Origin: an uncultured Chlamydiae bacterium
Lineage (GTDB): Bacteria; Chlamydiota; Chlamydiia; Chlamydiales; JAJFMB01
DNA length: 64,000 nt
NCBI GenBank assembly: GCA_963696295.1
Contig: CAVOJR010000001.1
Span: 2,624,001 to 2,688,000, forward strand
Direction of reading: 5' to 3'
Part shown: positions 59,071-64,000 of the stretch, piece after piece
Layout: every line of letters starts with the position of its first letter
Position numbering within the stretch: position 1 is the first letter of the stretch
Program-made: the position numbers and the translations under genes
The notes under the pieces: model-generated
The model's input: only the letters and a program-made list of their open reading frames with translations
What the model was told of the DNA's origin: nothing
The model's database searches: none

Positions 59071-60349
59071 GAAGCGCATTTTGATGGCTCATACCGACAA
59101 CCCACGCCAGTTTGACATAGACACCTACGAAAAGAATGGAGGCTATCAGGCCCTCCGCAAAGCGATTCCCCATATAGCCCCGGAAACCCTCAAGGAGATG
59201 GTCAAACAGTCGGAACTGCGCGGGCGCGGGGGCGCCGGCTTTTCTACCGGCATGAAGTGGGGCTTTCTGCCAAAAGATCCCTCCCTTCCCAAATATCTGG
59301 TCTGCAATTGCGACGAGAGCGAGCCCGGCACTTTCAAAGATCATCTTATTATCATGAAAGATCCCCATCAGCTGATTGAGGGGATGATAATATCAAGTTA
59401 CGCGATCGGAGCCAAGCAGGCCTTTATCTACTGCCGCGGTGAGTTTTATGCCGGAATTGCCAGTTTGCGCGCGGCTGTCAAACAGGCCAAAGAGCGAGGG
59501 TTATTAGGATCTTTAGATCTTGTCGTTCATCCGGGAGCCGGCGCCTATATCGCCGGCGAGGAAACCGCCCTCTTAAACTCCCTGGAAGGGTATCGCGCCA
59601 CGCCCCGCATGAAGCCCCCCTTTCCGGCAGTCTCTGGTCTTTATGGGATGCCGACGATCATCAACAATGTCGAGACCCTTTGCAACGTCGTGCATATCGT
59701 CAATATGGGGGTAGAGGCTTACAAAGCGATAGGCAAGCCGAAAAATACCGGCACAAAAATCTTTCAGCTCAGCGGGCATATCCAAAAACCCGGATGTTAT
59801 GAGTTTCCCTTGGGCGTGACTCTCCGCGAAGTGTTTGAGACAGCCGGCGGGATGCTGCCCGGCCGCAAATTTAAGGCCTGTTATCCCGGAGGCTCTTCCT
59901 GCGCCCTGTTGACAGCCAAGGACATCGATATCTCGATGGATTTTGAGACGCTGATGGCGCGCGGGACCGCCCTTGGCACCGCTTCGATCATCGTCATGGA
60001 CGATTCGGCCGACATGGTCAAGGTGGCTCACCGGCTGATGCAGTTTTATCAGAATGAATCGTGCGGCAAATGCACCCCTTGCCGCGAAGGGACCCGCTGG
60101 ATGGTGCAGGTGCTCGCAAGGATTGAAGCGGGAAAAGGCACTTATGACGATCTCGACGTGATCGACCAGGTGTGCACCTCGATGGCCGCCACCTCCTTTT
60201 GCCCTTTAGCGGTAGGCGCGGCGCCCCCTGTCATCAGCGCGGTGAAAGAATTTAGGGAGGAGTTTGAAGCCTACATCCGGCGAAATCCCGATCCTGACCG
60301 GCGGCCGGAGATGAAAATAGTTTATCCTTATTTGAGAGTGACGAAATGA
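59063..60349 (+). CDS. nuoF: NADH-quinone oxidoreductase subunit F
   Basis: RGRGGAGF, DESEPGTFKD, ESCGKCTPCREG. Confidence 0.97.
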   Translation: MAEKRILMAHTDNPRQFDIDTYEKNGGYQALRKAIPHIAPETLKEMVKQSELRGRGGAGFSTGMKWGFLPKDPSLPKYLVCNCDESEPGTFKDHLIIMKDPHQLIEGMIISSYAIGAKQAFIYCRGEFYAGIASLRAAVKQAKERGLLGSLDLVVHPGAGAYIAGEETALLNSLEGYRATPRMKPPFPAVSGLYGMPTIINNVETLCNVVHIVNMGVEAYKAIGKPKNTGTKIFQLSGHIQKPGCYEFPLGVTLREVFETAGGMLPGRKFKACYPGGSSCALLTAKDIDISMDFETLMARGTALGTASIIVMDDSADMVKVAHRLMQFYQNESCGKCTPCREGTRWMVQVLARIEAGKGTYDDLDVIDQVCTSMAATSFCPLAVGAAPPVISAVKEFREEFEAYIRRNPDPDRRPEMKIVYPYLRVTK

Positions 60350-62619
60350 TCCATTTAACTATCGACGGAAAAGAGATCACTGTCCCAAAAGGGACAACCG
60401 TATTCAAAGCCGCACAACAACTCGGCGTGGAAATTCCGGTTTTTTGCTACCAGGACCGCATGCCTCCCTTTGGCGCCTGCCGCGTCTGTCTGGTTGAAGT
60501 GGATAAAATGGGAAAGCTGCAGACCTCCTGCTCCCTTGAGGCGACCGAAGGGATGGTCGTTAAAACAGAAAGCGCTCTTGCGAAAGAGGGGCGGAATAAC
60601 ATTATCGAATTTTTGCTGATCAACCATCCGCTCGATTGCCCCATCTGCGATCGGGGCGGCGAGTGCCCTCTGCAGGAACACACCATGGAAGCCGGACGGG
60701 GGAGCAGCCGCTTTTATGAAGAGAAGCGCCATTTTAAAAAGCCGATTCCGCTTGGGTCCGTGCTGATGCTGGACCGGGAGCGGTGTATCACTTGCGCCCG
60801 GTGCACCCGCTTTGGCGATCTGGTCGCCGGCGATCATGCCCTTGAGTTTATCGACCGCGGCTATAGATCCGAAGTAGGAACGCCGGGCGGCCGGCCGGTC
60901 GAATCGAAATTTATCGGCAATACGATCATGATCTGCCCTGTAGGAGCCCTGACCAGCCAGGTTTACCGCTTCCGCGCGCGCCCCTGGGATAACGATTCAA
61001 GCCCAAGCACGTGTACCTTATGTCCGGTCGGCTGCAGCCTCATGCTCGATTCGCGGGACGGGGAAATCGTCCGCACGCGGGCGCAGGAAAACCGGGAAGT
61101 GAATGACATATGGCTTTGCGACAAAGGGTGGTTTGGCTATGAGTTTACCGATCATCAAAACCGCTTGCAGCAGCCCTACGTTCGCAAAAACAACGAATTG
61201 CAGCCGGCCACCTGGGATGAGGCGCTTTCGCTGGTGGCTGAGAAAATTTTAGAGACGAAGCGCGAAGGCAAGATAGCTGCTTTTGGCGGAAATCCGCTGA
61301 CCTTGGAAGAGAATTTCCTCTTCCAGAAGCTCTACCGGACCGGGGCCGGGGTGAATAATCTCGATCACCGGATCGGGATGCCGCTCCATACTTTAGACGA
61401 GGAGGGGCTGTCCGCAGGGATGGAGATGACCATCGGTGAGACTGAAGACCTCTCTTTTGCTCTTTTGCTCGGCCTCGATATCACCGAGGAATTTCCGGTG
61501 GTGTGGCTTCGCTTGAAGCAGGCGATCAATAAAGGCGCGAGAGTCCAATTTATCGGACATTTCGCCCCCGAAGTCGCTCCCCATCTAGCCAAGACCCTTA
61601 TCCATCCTCCCGGAAAAGAATTGGAGAGCATCAGAGAGTGGGCTCAATCCCTCGAGAGCTCGCAAAAAGGGGCCGTCTTTATCGGAAGGCAGTATTTGTC
61701 CATGCCGAACCGCAAGGGGATTTTGGCTGAACTCATGCATTTGAGAGAAAGATTCCCCAATTTGAAACTCAATATTATGGAAGGGCAGGGCAATAGCATG
61801 GGCGCCAGGCTCGCCGGGATGCATCCGGAGCTTGGGGCAGATGGCGTGCGATTAAGGCAGCCGGGGCTTAACTATTTAGAAGTGCTTCAGAGCGCTGCGG
61901 CCGGCGGTTGGGGCCTGCTGCACGTAGCAGGAGCGGATCCTGCCAAAAAATGCCCAAAACTTTGGGAAAAAGCGCGCGCCAACCTCGATTTCCTGGTCGT
62001 TCAGGATCTTTTTTTGACAGAGACAGCCAGACAGGCCGATGTCGTGCTGCCGACGCTCGCGTATGTAGAAAAATCGGGCTCGTTTATCAATATTGAAGGG
62101 CGCGTGCAGCCGCTGAATCCCGGGAAAAAGATCCCTGACAATCTCTTATCCGACGGGCAGATTTTTGAAATCCTCGCAAAAAGGCTCAACCTTCCCGATT
62201 TTGCAAGACAAGGCGAATTTAGCGGAAAAAGGGAATGGAGCATGCCTCGCGGGGAAGTAAAAGAGGCCAAGTCAAAGAGCGATGCTTTCGCAGCCACCTT
62301 CGCCGCCGCTCTCTTTGACCGCGGCGTCCGGATGAAGCACAACCCCCATGTCAAACAACTGGCGAAAGAGCCGTTCATCCGCCTGCACCCTCTCGAGGGG
62401 AACAGACTGGGGATTCAAAATGGAGATAAAGTCCATTTAAGCGCAAACGGAGGGGAGATAAGCGCCAAAGTCAAGCTTGATGAGCGGGTGGCCGAAAAGA
62501 CCGTTGTTTTGCCCCTTGGCTTTGAGCAAGTGCCGGTTCAGGAGCTGGCGCCGGATTTGCTAAACGGATTTCCGGTTGAAATAAAGAAAGACTTGGAAAA
62601 CAGATTTTTATTGATGTAG
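60346..62619 (+). CDS. nuoG: NADH-quinone oxidoreductase subunit G
   Basis: GACRVCLVE, HPLDCPICDRGGECPLQ, CITCARC, CTLCPVGC. Confidence 0.96.
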   Translation: MIHLTIDGKEITVPKGTTVFKAAQQLGVEIPVFCYQDRMPPFGACRVCLVEVDKMGKLQTSCSLEATEGMVVKTESALAKEGRNNIIEFLLINHPLDCPICDRGGECPLQEHTMEAGRGSSRFYEEKRHFKKPIPLGSVLMLDRERCITCARCTRFGDLVAGDHALEFIDRGYRSEVGTPGGRPVESKFIGNTIMICPVGALTSQVYRFRARPWDNDSSPSTCTLCPVGCSLMLDSRDGEIVRTRAQENREVNDIWLCDKGWFGYEFTDHQNRLQQPYVRKNNELQPATWDEALSLVAEKILETKREGKIAAFGGNPLTLEENFLFQKLYRTGAGVNNLDHRIGMPLHTLDEEGLSAGMEMTIGETEDLSFALLLGLDITEEFPVVWLRLKQAINKGARVQFIGHFAPEVAPHLAKTLIHPPGKELESIREWAQSLESSQKGAVFIGRQYLSMPNRKGILAELMHLRERFPNLKLNIMEGQGNSMGARLAGMHPELGADGVRLRQPGLNYLEVLQSAAAGGWGLLHVAGADPAKKCPKLWEKARANLDFLVVQDLFLTETARQADVVLPTLAYVEKSGSFINIEGRVQPLNPGKKIPDNLLSDGQIFEILAKRLNLPDFARQGEFSGKREWSMPRGEVKEAKSKSDAFAATFAAALFDRGVRMKHNPHVKQLAKEPFIRLHPLEGNRLGIQNGDKVHLSANGGEISAKVKLDERVAEKTVVLPLGFEQVPVQELAPDLLNGFPVEIKKDLENRFLLM

Positions 62620-62630
62620 GTTGAAATATA

Positions 62631-63608
62631 GTGGACGTTATTATTGCTCTCATTAAAGGATTAGTCTTGATCGGGGTGCTCTTTGGCGCCGCGGCTTACA
62701 TGACCCTCTGCGAAAGAGTGGTCATGGCGTGGATGCAGCTTCGCTTAGGCCCGAACCGCGTCGGTCCGTTGGGGCTGCTGCAACCCATCGCCGATGGGAT
62801 TAAGCTTCTTTGCAAAGAGGGCTTTCAGCCGGCCGGCGTGGAGAAATTCACCTATTGGCTCGCTCCCGGAATTTCCCTTTTTGTCGCCCTGTTTGTTTTT
62901 GTGCTGATTCCCGTGGGCGGAACGGTGCAGATCTTCGGGCGCCCGGTCACTCTGCAGATCGCCGATCTCAATTCAGGCATACTATTTCTTCTGGCTTGTT
63001 CATCCTTAGGTGTTTATGGGATTGTGTTGGCGGGCTGGGGTTCGAACAACCGCTACTCTCTCTTAGGGGGCTTACGGGGGACGGCGCAGATGATCAGCTA
63101 CGAAATCCCCATGGGGATCTCGCTGCTCACAGTCGTGCTCGCCGCCGGGACTTTAAGCTTATCAAAAATCGTTGACGCTCAAACCAATCATTGGTTCATA
63201 TGGACCAACCCAATCAGCTTTATCATCTACCTGATCTCCGCTTTTGCCGAAACCAACCGCTCTCCATTCGATCTGCCCGAAGCGGAACATGAGCTGACAG
63301 GGGGGTATCACACCGAATACGGGGGATTGAAGTTCGCCGTCTTTTTCCTCGCCGAATATGTGAATATCCTGGCCGTCTCATCCATTGCGGTCACCCTCTT
63401 CTTTGGAGGGTGGCATGGACCCTGGGATCTGCCCGTAGTGTGGTTCGTTTTGAAGGTGGCGCTTTTTGTCTTCTTCTTTATTTGGGTGAGGGCCACCATG
63501 GCGCGCTTCCGCTACGATCAGCTGATGAGCTTTGGCTGGAAAGTGTTGATCCCCATAGCTATCGCTAATTTGATTATCACCGCATTTTTTAGACTAGGAG
63601 TGAAATGA
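62631..63608 (+). CDS. nuoH: NADH-quinone oxidoreductase subunit H
   Basis: [41 protein letters not shown]. Confidence 0.97.
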   Translation: MDVIIALIKGLVLIGVLFGAAAYMTLCERVVMAWMQLRLGPNRVGPLGLLQPIADGIKLLCKEGFQPAGVEKFTYWLAPGISLFVALFVFVLIPVGGTVQIFGRPVTLQIADLNSGILFLLACSSLGVYGIVLAGWGSNNRYSLLGGLRGTAQMISYEIPMGISLLTVVLAAGTLSLSKIVDAQTNHWFIWTNPISFIIYLISAFAETNRSPFDLPEAEHELTGGYHTEYGGLKFAVFFLAEYVNILAVSSIAVTLFFGGWHGPWDLPVVWFVLKVALFVFFFIWVRATMARFRYDQLMSFGWKVLIPIAIANLIITAFFRLGVK

Positions 63609-64000
63609 AAAAGCAGTTCTACAGAGTCTTGTCGGTATTCAGCGGCCTTTTCATCGTCTTCAAGTACCTCTTTAAGAGGCCGGTGACCATCCGCTATCCC
63701 GAAGAAAAACGAAAGCTGCCCATGCGTTCCCGCGGGCGCCACTATCTGACGAAGTGGGAAGATGGACAGGAGCGGTGCGTCGGCTGCGAACTTTGCGCGA
63801 TCGTCTGCCCGTCTCAGGCAATCTATGTGAAACCGGCCCAAAACGATCCTCAAGCCCCTCACTCCCACGGCGAGCGCTATGCCTCCGACTTCCAGATCAA
63901 TATGCTGCGCTGCATTTACTGCGGCTACTGCGAGGAAGCCTGCCCAACCGGAGCCATTATCCTCAGCAATGAGTATGAGCTCTCGGGCTACTCCCGCGAA
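63605..64000 (+). CDS. nuoI: NADH-quinone oxidoreductase subunit I (runs off window end)
   Basis: ATG 63605; TIRYPEE, RCVGCELCAIVCP, RCIYCGYCEEACP. Confidence 0.95.
   Translation, partial: MKKQFYRVLSVFSGLFIVFKYLFKRPVTIRYPEEKRKLPMRSRGRHYLTKWEDGQERCVGCELCAIVCPSQAIYVKPAQNDPQAPHSHGERYASDFQINMLRCIYCGYCEEACPTGAIILSNEYELSGYSRE

Overview
Chromosomal window most consistent with an environmental chlamydia (phylum Chlamydiota). This is inferred from the dxs-xseB-xseA/tpiA-secG and ttcA-surE-yitT neighbourhoods, tRNAs without encoded CCA, and a proton-pumping nuoA-I operon. The centrepiece is a ~17.8-kb element integrated in tRNA-Tyr(GTA), bounded by an exact 54-bp direct repeat (16419-16472 / 34221-34274). 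It encodes a tyrosine integrase, excisionase-like proteins, a TOPRIM primase-helicase, an iteron-containing inverted-repeat origin, an SF2 helicase, two SpoVG-like proteins, small and large terminase, and two proteins resembling podophage DNA-ejection proteins (one with an LPD38-like C-terminus). I can see no portal, capsid, tail or lysis gene, so it is either a new kind of phage satellite or a cleanly reduced prophage. It is followed by a second AT-rich, decaying cargo tract (PIN-like, Schlafen/AlbA ATPase, HNH, HAF-repeat) and a pseudogene of a eukaryote-type NSF/Sec18-like AAA+ ATPase. Other oddities include an ERIC-like MITE with an amplified end, short tandem arrays at convergent gene junctions, a local G/T codon-position skew centred near 10.6 kb, a circularly permuted D-amino-acid oxidase, and a candidate myristoylated, tail-anchored effector. 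No CRISPR array was found. All calls come from reading the sequence and ORF track only; no searches were run.
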